From: Mytilus trossulus
Lineage: Eukaryota
Direction: 5' to 3'
Assembly: GCF_036588685.1 (NCBI RefSeq)
Contig: NC_086382.1
Span: 64,666,001-64,730,000 of the forward strand
Length of the DNA: 64,000 bases
Under the pieces are notes generated by a model. The model did not search any database. It was not told the origin of the DNA and saw only the letters and a list, made by a program, of their open reading frames with translations. The position numbers and the translations under genes were made by a program. This document shows, one piece after another, positions 55,001 through 64,000 of this stretch. Position 1 is the first letter of the stretch; every line of letters begins with the position of its first letter.

Positions 55001-58000
55001 GCACTTTGAATATGTAATGAGAATAACATATTTCAAAACATGCCTTATTTCACACGAGTTACCAGTTTACAACTTGAGGCTATTTCATTTTCAGATGCAA
55101 AATAAAATAATGGAATGCCTCGAAATATAAGATATTTAAATACATCATTTTAAGGATAAACAAGTGCAGAAGCATTTATGAAAGTCATTAACTGCCAATT
55201 ATTCTCATATGTACAATTCAATGTTCAGTTCATGTTGAAATTGCATAATAAAGTGAATAGTATGTATTTATTCAAAAAAGTGAGGCGTTTTCTTAAGAAT
55301 TTTCTTATCAGTTTTTCTTTTAAAACTTGACATAGCACAAACCTATACTGTACAACTCGGATGTTTTGGGTAATTCAATATATAAAGAATTGTTTATTCT
55401 ACGACAAATTCGTTCCTCATATAAGATATCAAAAGCGTTAACATGGTTTAAAAGAAAACTGACTGAAATAAACAAAATTTTGATAACAAGTAAAGTCATA
55501 AAACGCATAATTCTATATTGTACACATAATTATAATTAATGAAATATTTCAACAGTTTTTGTCCAATTGACAAACCTTATAAATATGCTCTTAGATAATA
55601 AACTTTATGGTTGTTGGAATATATAAAGCATTATCAATAATCAAACATAAAAAAGGTTACATGTAACGGAATAAAAAGGAAATTAGTATCATAACTGGTT
55701 GAAACAACTTACATATATGAAGTATAAGTAATATTCCAGAATCATCTTTGTGGTAAGCCTATAAACTGATTGACTGTTGGTTACTAAAAGTATAGTGCCG
55801 GTAGGTTTATGAATTATTTAGGAGTATTGTGAATTTATAAATGTGATAAATATTTAAACTAGTTAAAATTTCTTTGAATACATGAACTAAAATAGCAGTC
55901 TTAAGATAACTAACACCTTATTTCAGAGCCAGGGTATTATGAAGAAGGATATTTTGGGATAAGAATAGAGAACGTTATGATTGTTCGGAAATGTAAACAG
56001 AAGGTACGGTTATGTTGTCGTTATTTCAAATTGTAGGAACTTGTGTATGATAAAAGCATGTCTTTGTTAAAGTTCTATGTTACAATGTTTTTTCAAGCAT
56101 TCTTTCCAAACAGAAGTAACCGATATATCTGGGGAATTGAAGTTTATTTACTGTTCGTGACATTTTCATCTGCTGAAATGTCTTTATTAATATTTTTAAA
56201 GTTTCACCCTAAACTCCAAAGTCAATACGATACTGTCAATGTAACCTTAAGGTAGATTCAACATATTCTACTGCAAAATCACACGCGGAGAGTATGCAAT
56301 AAACTTCTAATAAATCTTCATACTTATTTGTTCATTTATTGTTTTTCAAAAGACAATGTTGGAAACAGCTGTTTATAAAAACATAATAACGAGAATAGGA
56401 CATTACAAGCTCGAAATAAAACTGTCATTTTCCCAAATAAATAATTTACGACATAAAGAAAATAAGCTTGCACACGATTACTTCTTCGAAACACTATTTT
56501 TGTCAAATTCCGATCATTAATATAGAAGGACATGAACTAGTATTTAGACTTATTTCAAAGTTTATTACTCTTGGTATTTAAACATGTTGTTCAGATAACA
56601 TGCTTTCAACGATCTCTGATCATTATTTTGTATTCTTTTTAGTACAATATCTCATCTCATCATTTCCTGGAGTTTGAAACTGTCACCTTTATCCCATATG
56701 AACCAAAACTGATTACCTATGATATCATGAGTCAATCTGAAGTAAGTGATTTATGCACTTGATATTGAACGTTAACAAGTTCACAGAATTAAGTTTTTTT
56801 CATTACTAACGTACTTGCATTAATCATATGTGGATTCTAAAAATAAGTCTAAGGGACTTTTTAAAATATTTTAAAATCGCGCTCTTTCTTTGAAAAATAT
56901 TCTATCAAAATCTATATTTGTAAGCCATTTATACCACAAATGTTAAATCTGAAAATCTTCTAAAATAAATAACACACGATGCTTTTCAATATAAAAAATG
57001 GAAGTAAACGTTTTGGAATACAAAAAGACATATTTTGTTAAAAGTGTAAGGAACAAGTGACCAGTATGCTGGAGTTTCATATTGATAACAAATTAGTTGT
57101 ATATGAATGTAGATAAAGGAAGATGTGGTGTGAGTGCCAATGAGACAACTCTCCATCCAAATAACAATTTAAAAAAAAAGTAAACCATTATAGGTCAATG
57201 TACGGCCTTCAACACGGAGCCTTGGCTCACACCGAACAACAAGCTATAAAGGGCCCAAAATTACTAGTGTAAATCATTCAAACGGGAAAACCAACGGTCT
57301 AATCTATATTAAAAAAAGCGAGAAACGAGAAACACGTATATATTACATAAACAAACAACAACTACTGTACATCAGATTCCTGACTTAGGACAGGTGCAAA
57401 CATTTGGAGCGGGATTAAACGTTTTTATGGATCCAAACCTTCTCCCTTTTTCTGAAAAAATAGCATAACATCACAACATAGAAAAACACACGATAAAATA
57501 TCAATTGGCAGACTTAACTCAATCAAAAAACGTAAATCAAAACACAATGAACGAATAAATTTGATCTGCGATATATGAATGCAAATGCACAGTTAATAAA
57601 ATATAAGAGACAAACATTCAAGTAGACTGTTTCATTAAGTATCGTCATTCCTGGTGAAACAAACTGATTTCTTTATCTAGCAATATGTAGAGTACATGGG
57701 AACAGTCACATAACTCGACAATCCCAATATAAAGGGACATAATTGAAACTGAATCGTATTATGTCTAGTTCCAAATTGTTTTTATGCCCCATCTACGATA
57801 GTAGAGGGGCATTATGTTTTCTGGTCTGTGCGTCCGTTCGTCCGTCTTTTCGTTCATCTGTCCGTTCGTTCGTCCGTCTGTCCCGCTTCAGGTTAAAGTT
57901 TTTTGTCAAGGTAGTTTTTGATAAAGTTAAAGTCAAATCAACTTGAAACTTAGTATACATGTTCCCTTTGATAAGATCATTCTAAACTTAATGCCAAATT

Positions 58001-58572
58001 AGAGAATTTATTCCAATTTCACGGTCCACTCAACATAGAAAATGATAGTGCGAGTGGGGCATCCGTGTACTGTGGACACATTCTTGTTTAAAAGTGTTTC
58101 TGATGCTTCAAATAACATTCAAAGGTAGATGAGGCGTAAACAATTTGCAACTGGAAGTGAATATCCTATAGCAGCTCCTAGACTAACACAGTTGTTTGAC
58201 ATATAGGACTGTATAAAAAAGCTGTCTTACTTGCATCGTTGCGACTTTATCGGAAATACACATACTTATTCATCCGTATTAAAACTTATTTTATTATATC
58301 AGAATATAGTGAAGACCAGTGGCATTAACAATTATAAAACTATTTCTGCACAATTGAATGAATATTAATCAAAATTGCTATTCGATTTTATTTGTTTGCA
58401 GGTTGATTGGATGAATAGTTATCACCAAGAAGTCTGGGACAAGGTGTCGCCATTGCTGAAAAAGAAAAATAATAATGTTGCATTAGAATGGCTTCATAAA
58501 AGAGTACAACCAGTGTATTTACACCATAATATTCATAGTTTTTACGAAAACAGTGATAAAATAGAGTTATGA
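28081..58572 (+). CDS. Xaa-Pro aminopeptidase-like protein (peptidase M24B, XPNPEP1/2 family) with signal peptide and altered active site; 718 aa
   Basis: 23 exons: 28081-28117, 29616-29707, 30152-30247, 33930-34002, 34462-34566, 35947-36048, 36456-36602, 38080-38175 (GC donor), 40560-40641, 41284-41407, 41936-42055, 43527-43613, 43938-43988, 48380-48441, 49270-49422, 50630-50690, 50870-50939, 51734-51838, 54036-54110, 54383-54454, 55927-56003, 56643-56741, 58402-58572; 2157 nt, open throughout. Family motifs: DAYII, LWTDGR, DLVDEIW, DEIAWLFNVRG, DSGGQYLDGTSDLTRT, TGHG, EPGYYEEGYFGIRIEN. Confidence 0.92.
30940..32660 (-). mobile_element. Internal fragment of a non-LTR retrotransposon ORF2 (RT domain), frameshifted, in intron 3 of the peptidase gene
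   Basis: APGPDG, YRPISLTSVVSKLMERIV, QEGFRQ, FIDFEKAYDSIW, GLPQGSVLSPILFNIF, KFADD, ILGVTLDQKL. Frameshift near 31735; both ends truncated. Confidence 0.9.
33079..33485. repeat. Diverged direct duplication (~130 bp) plus a 19-bp tandem duplication
   Basis: 33079-33213 resembles 33359-33485; CTTTACATCGAGGCTTATT occurs twice at 33229-33266. Confidence 0.6.
34938..35240. repeat. Interspersed repeat family copy
   Basis: AAATAAAGGCAACAGTAGTATACCGCTGTTCAAAACTCATAAATCC...; related to 9111-9480. Confidence 0.6.
36548..37420 (+). repeat. Tandem array (12 units, ~51-86 bp) derived from the 3' end of exon 7 and its splice donor
   Basis: Core TCCCTCTAAAGATCTCAATTCTCTGGATAT(A/C)AAATATGCTG|GTATGTA. The first unit is coding (RPSKDLNSLDIKYAG). 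Confidence 0.95.
38753..39106. mobile_element. Non-autonomous hairpin-type DNA element
   Basis: AATTACTGTCTTTTG...ATATTCAC-(GAGGCCAACGGCCGAG)-GTGAATAT...CAAAAGACAGTAATT fold-back followed by a tail. Confidence 0.5.
39172..39717. mobile_element. Non-autonomous hairpin-type DNA element
   Basis: ~165-bp fold-back GGAATAACAGTACTGTAGTTGAAGAG...CTCTTCAACTACAGTACTGTTATTCC, followed by an ATTCTAATGC...GCATTAGAAT inverted pair. Confidence 0.65.
39902..40343. mobile_element. MITE
   Basis: TIRs AAGGAGTAGGTTCAGTAAGACC / GGCCCTTACTGGACCTACTCCTT. Confidence 0.7.
44944..46300 (-). mobile_element. SINE-like element interrupted by a second repeat (~45404-46254)
   Basis: 44944-45403 matches the 11161 family. 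The insert's distal part (~46020-46250) matches 43090-43290. The host appears to resume at CATCCCGACACAAAAAG. Confidence 0.6.
46555..47100 (-). mobile_element. 3' portion of a Penelope-like retroelement-derived repeat
   Basis: Highly similar to 59366-59890. The minus strand encodes a decayed RT C-terminus (YHDFLDRGLLLTRKLLNQEFQMVKL). Confidence 0.7.
57114..57600 (-). mobile_element. SINE-like repeat, related subfamily
   Basis: AAGGAAGATGTGGTGTGAGTGCCAATGAGACAACTCTCC...GTACGGCCTTCAACA...TTCCTGACTTAGGACAGG. Confidence 0.7.
57779..58089 (+). mobile_element. Helentron-associated (HINE/pearl-like) non-autonomous element
   Basis: T-rich insertion site, 5' ATGCCCC...GGGGCAT hairpin, (CGTC/CGTT)n microsatellite, 3' GGGGCAT plus a short terminal stem-loop. 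Confidence 0.7.
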
Positions 58573-59365
58573 CGACAATAAGAAATTAACAAATACTTTA
58601 TGTTGATTTTCAGTTTCCTATTGTTTATCCCAAATCTTTTATGAATATTTATATATTCTAATGAAAAACATTTTAAATTTTATTTTGTTATTTCTTCAAC
58701 ACTTCACTTTGATATCATGAATTGTTGATGATTTTTGTAAATGTTTATATCTATTTGCTCAAATAAAAGATAAAATATCCCAAAGAGACAATTTTAGGAT
58801 AAATTGTATGTCAAGTACAATTAGCAGGAATTAAATATGTTTGACATACCTATTAATATTCCCGTCAAAACTTTTTTGATATTTTTAGTACGGTGACCAG
58901 ACCCAATACTTTTTAAATTTAACCGTCAAACATACTATATGGCTATATTATATATCATTGGATTCGGAAAAAATAGTACTTTTGGAATATCGATGTCGTC
59001 AAAAAGAAATGTGATAACAGTTTTGCATAAATCAAGGTCAAAGATGAAAATGTTGTTTTCTTTTTTTCTTTCTATATTTTCAAATTAGAAAGATATCAGC
59101 AGCATTTTGTGTTAAATTTTAAGTCAATTGACATTGAATTATCTCGAAAATGTAAAAAAAAGGAAATTATTACTAAGTAATTGATTAATTCTGAAAATTG
59201 GCGTTTTTCAAAACACTTGTTCTATTATACAAGATCCAGACAAATTCCGTTAAAGTTACAGTAGTTACCTTGCCGGTTTATATCTAACCTCAGCATTAAA
59301 TGACAAATGTTGTTTTTAATTAAAGCCTTCTATCCCGAATGTTATTTTACAAACCTCATGCATGT

Positions 59366-59995
59366 AAAAGAGGGACGAAAGATACCAGAGGGACAGTCAA
59401 ACTCATAAATCGAAAATAAACTGTCAACTTCTGGCTTAAAAGAAAAGAAGACAAACAGACAAAACAAAAGTACACATGACACAACATAGAAAACTAAAGA
59501 ATAAGCAACACTAACCCCACCAAAAACTGGGGTGATCTCACGTGCTTCGGAAGGGTAGGCAGGTCCTGCTCCAAATGTGGCACCCGTCGTGTTGCGTATA
59601 GTATTACAAATTCAGTAAATAGTTTAATTCGGTAGGTCACATTCATGAAAGGGAAGGGGATTGTATTTACGACGTAAGGAACATATCCGATATAATTTGT
59701 GAAACGGTTATTCCATAACGGTCAACCAACCCGTGTTGGCGTCCGTAAAATTTACGAAGGGATGATTTCAACTTCACTATTTGGAACTCTTGGTTTAATA
59801 GCGTATCATGAAAATCATGATAGGAAATGCAAGCACAGATATATCATATCAATTGGGAGATAAATACCCCGTTTGCAGGTGCTGCTGGAATGTTGCTTCT
59901 AAGAAATGGAAAGTTCACTTGGAAAGCTGAAATCATCTCTTTTTTTGTAAGTTTTTGTTTTTCATCCGACCCTCATTGTCAATTTCTATATGTTA
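59366..59995 (-). mobile_element. 3' portion of a Penelope-like retroelement-derived repeat
   Basis: Minus-strand decayed frames EIDNEGRMKTKL..KRDDFSF..VNFPFLRSNIPAAPANGVFISQLI; shares its terminus with the 46555 copy. Confidence 0.7.
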
Positions 59996-60049
59996 CAGTT
60001 AGGGAAAACAAGCACATAGTTGGTGAATGGGTTAAACTATTTAACTATT

Positions 60050-60580
60050 TTTTACACTGCTAATGTTCCCCATCTGCACCTACAACTCGCATGCATGTGT
60101 CATCAGTCACAACCGTATTAGATGTCCGTATATGATTTTTCTTTCGCACTTTCCCATTTCTGTTGACAGTCATTTACACTTAACCTTATTGTCTGAAATA
60201 ACTTCTACAATTTCTGATTTACAAACATTCCGGTAAAGCCCATTATAAGGTAGAAGGAGATTTGTCATAGTTTTGAAGAAAAAAAAACTACCAAAGAAAT
60301 TACGGAGAGCCTGTTGATTTTCTTTAACAGAAAAAAACTTCTTCCAGTCAGGAATCCTTCTCCCTTCAATAGTCTGATACAATTTGTTGGAAGCTGTAGT
60401 CTGTGTGCGGCTTTCCTTTCCAGCAGACAACTTTATTGAGTTTTACATATCGTAGCGGTAAAAAAATGTCTACTATCGTGTACTAGAAAAGCATAGGGTC
60501 ACATTTTTATAATAGTCAGCTGCAAGGTCACCAATGGTTTTACTTTTTTGTTATCATTAATACATTTTTAAAAAGCAATG
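60050..60580 (-). mobile_element. Decayed DNA-transposon coding fragment (possibly Academ-like)
   Basis: Broken frames TIGDLAADYYK...TIVDIF..RYDVK.SIK...IPDWKKFFSVKENQQALRNF. Family assignment is tentative. Confidence 0.35.
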
Positions 60581-60582
60581 CG

Positions 60583-62241
60583 ATGCCACCTCTCAGACTG
60601 GGTTAAGTTGTGAGTGATGGGCCAAAAGGAGGTAGGGAAAGTGCAAAAGACATCAGAATCGAATTGGTTCACCAAATCATGAATTTCAACAAAAGACCCA
60701 TACGCTTCAACACATTGCTGGCAGATTCCATCATTAAAAGTCTTTCAACAGAACTTAAATCAGCTGGAGTAGACAACATCAGTGCATAACTCCTTAAGGC
60801 AGATGTGGAAACAACAGCATCAATACTGCAAACACTATTTAGCAAAATATGGGAGGATGAAATTATACCTGGAGACTGGGAAGAAGGACTACTAGTTAAA
60901 CTTGCCAAGAAAGGTGACATGAAAAATTGCAACAACTGGAGAGGTATATCTCTACTGTCTGTACCTGCAGTTTTCCTTAGAGTTATTGCCAAGCGAATAG
61001 TAGATGCTTTAGATGTCACCCTGCGGAAAGAACAAGCAGGTTTTAGAGCCAATAAAGGGTGCAGTGACCATATATTCACACTCAGAAACATCATTGAGCA
61101 GCGCATAGAATGGCAACACAACATCGTCATAAACTTTGTGGACTTTGAAAAGGCTTTTGATAGCTTGAACAGAGACAGCATGTGGGACATAATGAGATCG
61201 TATGGCATACCTGAGAAAATAATTAGCATGATCAAATTATTTTACAACAACTACAGATGCTGTGTCCTACACAATGGAACCCAATCCACCTGGTTAAATG
61301 TACAATCTGGAGTTAGACAAGGATGCATCATCTCTCCCCTTCTTTTCCTCATTGTCATCGACTAGTGCATGAGAAGAACACTAGGCAATAGAGTAACTGG
61401 AATAAGATGGTCGATGAACACAATCTTAGAAGATCTAGATTTTGCAGACGACATATGCCTTTTATCAACAACTAGAGCAAACATGCAGAACAAAACATCA
61501 AGACTACATGACACTGCTCTATCTGTAGGTTTAAAGATAAATGCGCAAAAGACAAAGATAAATAGCCTTAATGACAAAACTAGTAAACAACCCATAACAC
61601 TTAAAGGAGACAACATAGAAGAAGTGGAAAATTTTACTTATCTAGGTACTAACATCAGCCAGGACAACGGCACTAGCAAAGATATAATGGCAAGGATCAA
61701 CAAAGCCAGAACTTCTTTCTGCAGATTACGAACAGTATGGAAAACAACATCAATATCCAGGTCCACAAAAATCAAAATATATAATAGCAATGTAAAATCA
61801 GTTTTGCTATATGGTGCAGAGTCATGGAGGGTTATAAAATCTGACTTCAACAAACTGTCATCTTTCCACAATACATGTCTTCGGAAAATTTGCAAGATCT
61901 TCTGGCCAAAAACCATCAGTAATAAAGATATATACACCCTAACCTTACAACGAGACATCAGAGTTGAAATTAAAGAAAGGCGATGGAAATGGATAGGCCA
62001 TGTTCTACGGAAAGACAAACATGACATCACAAGGATAGCTCTTCGTTGGACACCAGCAGAGGGGAAAAGAAAGAGAGGGAGACCTAAAGAGACATGGCGA
62101 CGTACAATAGAAAGCGAACTAAGAGCCATGGGAATGACATGGGGAGAAGCCGAAAGAAAGGCACAAGACAGGCAACAGTGGAGGGCGTTGGTAGTGGCCT
62201 CATGTGCAAGTATGCACGAAGAGGATTAAGTAAGTAAGTAA
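60583..62241 (+). mobile_element. RTE-clade LINE, internally deleted, with a few stops and a (TAAG)n tail
   Basis: SAGVDNI, NWRGISLLS, EQAGFR, FVDFEKAFDS, GVRQGCIISP, LDFADD, FTYLG, RWKWIGHVLR, GKRKRGRPKETW. Stops at ~60787 and 61363. The ORF stop runs into TAAGTAAGTAAGTAA (62227-62241). Confidence 0.93.
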
Positions 62242-62487
62242 CAGAACTTAAGAAGCAACGTTTAATCTTTACAGTAAAAGAAGGGGTTCATTTCTTCTTC
62301 TCTTGCACCCGATACACTTTTCAAAATTAAAACACATGTGGTGCCTTTTTTATATGGTCATTTTTATAAATTTCCTGTTACAAAACTTTAAAATATTCGA
62401 AAAACTAAGGATTTTCCTATCCCAGGAATAAATTACCTTAGCCGTATTTGGCACATTTTTTTTGGATTTTTTATAACTATTTTGATT

Positions 62488-62536
62488 TGAGCATCACTGA
62501 TGATTCTTACGTAGACGAAACGCGCGTCTTGCGTAG
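62488..62536 (+). ncRNA. Degenerate minimal type I hammerhead ribozyme motif within a repeat
   Basis: GCATCA-CTGATGA-TTCT-TACGT-AGAC-GAAAC-GCGC-GTC-TTGCGT: the core boxes are intact, while stems I and II carry mismatches. Confidence 0.55.
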
Positions 62537-64000
62537 TGAATTATAATCCTTTGATAACTATTAACTACTCGGACTTAATCGTTAAGGACTTCCTAATTCA
62601 AACATTTTCCAGATTAACTACATGTCCAAATTCAGACTTGGTTCTTAATTTTTGAAATAAATAAAAAGAAAAAGAAACATATAAAGTTAACATACGAAAA
62701 TAAGAAATCTTTTAAAAAATACATAAAAACACGACAACCAACACGAAATGGGACCATGAACTATTAACAAAAAGATCGAATTGAATAAATTTTACCAATG
62801 AAAAATCTTTGTGATACAAAATATTATTTATAGATTGAAATAATAGTATCGGTCCGGTTCTATATTTTTGTACAAGTCGAATTTCAAGAGGAAAACCTGT
62901 ATCTTTATTTTGTAGTGTATATTTTGTTTCAATGCACAAGTCAAAATATTGCTTCTGAGATAAAGGATTTTGAAATTGTTGTTTAATAAAGGTTTGAAAT
63001 ATCATATAAATGTTGAAAATGAATTGAAACGTACTCCATTAATTAAATGAAAAAAACTCGTAGTATTCAATATTTTCAAAAACTCTTCAATAACGGATTT
63101 ATTTTACTAAACTTTGTTTGAAATTGTTAAAATAAGGTGTATCAACAATGTATATAATAACAAGAAGCATATCACGAATATACTTTAAGAATGTAGGCCT
63201 AAAATCTTTTAAAAGTATTTTTTTCTTTAAAATAAGGGAACGAACTTCAAAGCCCATTTTACAAAAATTGCAGCTTACGATTTTTTTACGACAAGTTAAA
63301 ATGTGAAGTGTACCCTTAGGACTACCAATTCTGTGATTTATAGCCGTATAGTCCGAATGACCATTAAACTCCTTATATAAGCGACTTTTCCTTACTTGGT
63401 CACTGTACTATTTATACTGCATGTGACACCCAATATTTTGAAAACTCTATCCGATTGATACAAAGCAGAAATACATCTTACAAAAAACACAGATTGGACG
63501 TGTAAATACATATACCACCAATAAAAAGACACCAAGTCCTTAACATAATCAAGCATCATAAATTGTTATCAGTCTTCACTGTGCATAGTTATAACCAGAA
63601 AGGACACTCGTAGAAAAAAAACTATGCATTAGTTCTTGTTGTTTTGAATGTCAAATATCAAAACTTGAAAATAACATAACAATTGATTTGACTGCATCAT
63701 AAAAGTTTTCATGGAATTGAATTTATTTGGAAGGCTCAAATTTAAAATTCTAAATCCAAATTAGTATGGGTATTGGAATAAGGGAGGAAGTTTTTCTCGT
63801 CGAAAGGGACATAAAAGTCACCACAAAAGACATTGAAAGTTAAACTTAAATCAGGGTGCTGAAAAACAAGTTTCTTTGAAATTTCTAGATTCATCAACGA
63901 ACAAAGTTTGTAATACATCATGTCAATACGGATGCACTAATTAACTGATATTAACATAGGATACTAGCAGTACATCAGCAGAACTCTGAAAATTATGTCC

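Overview
AT-rich, intron-rich animal DNA. Its interspersed repeats resemble those of mytilid bivalves (Mytilus-like; an inference, not a database result). I reconstructed four spliced genes by hand, each with an open reading frame. (1) IAP-A, + strand, 5247-8298: 5 coding exons, 261 aa, BIR/UBA-like/RING. (2) A divergent Shaw/Kv3-type potassium channel, - strand, 18229-16067: 2 exons, 448 aa. (3) IAP-B, + strand, 20236-24521: 6 exons, 282 aa, BIR/UBA/RING, head-to-head with the channel. (4) An aminopeptidase-P (M24B/XPNPEP) homologue, + strand, 28081-58572: 23 exons, 718 aa. The rest is decayed LINEs, Penelope-like fragments, MITEs, SINE-like repeats, a tRNA-Ser pseudogene and two intronic tandem arrays. 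The XPNPEP homologue is the most notable feature. It keeps all five metal ligands but has replaced two conserved active-site histidines. It also has a signal peptide and a KDEL-like end (-KIEL) instead of a GPI tail, needs a GC splice donor, carries an apparently duplicated active-site exon, and has a 12-copy satellite built from one of its own exon/donor junctions. No prokaryotic system or CRISPR array is present.
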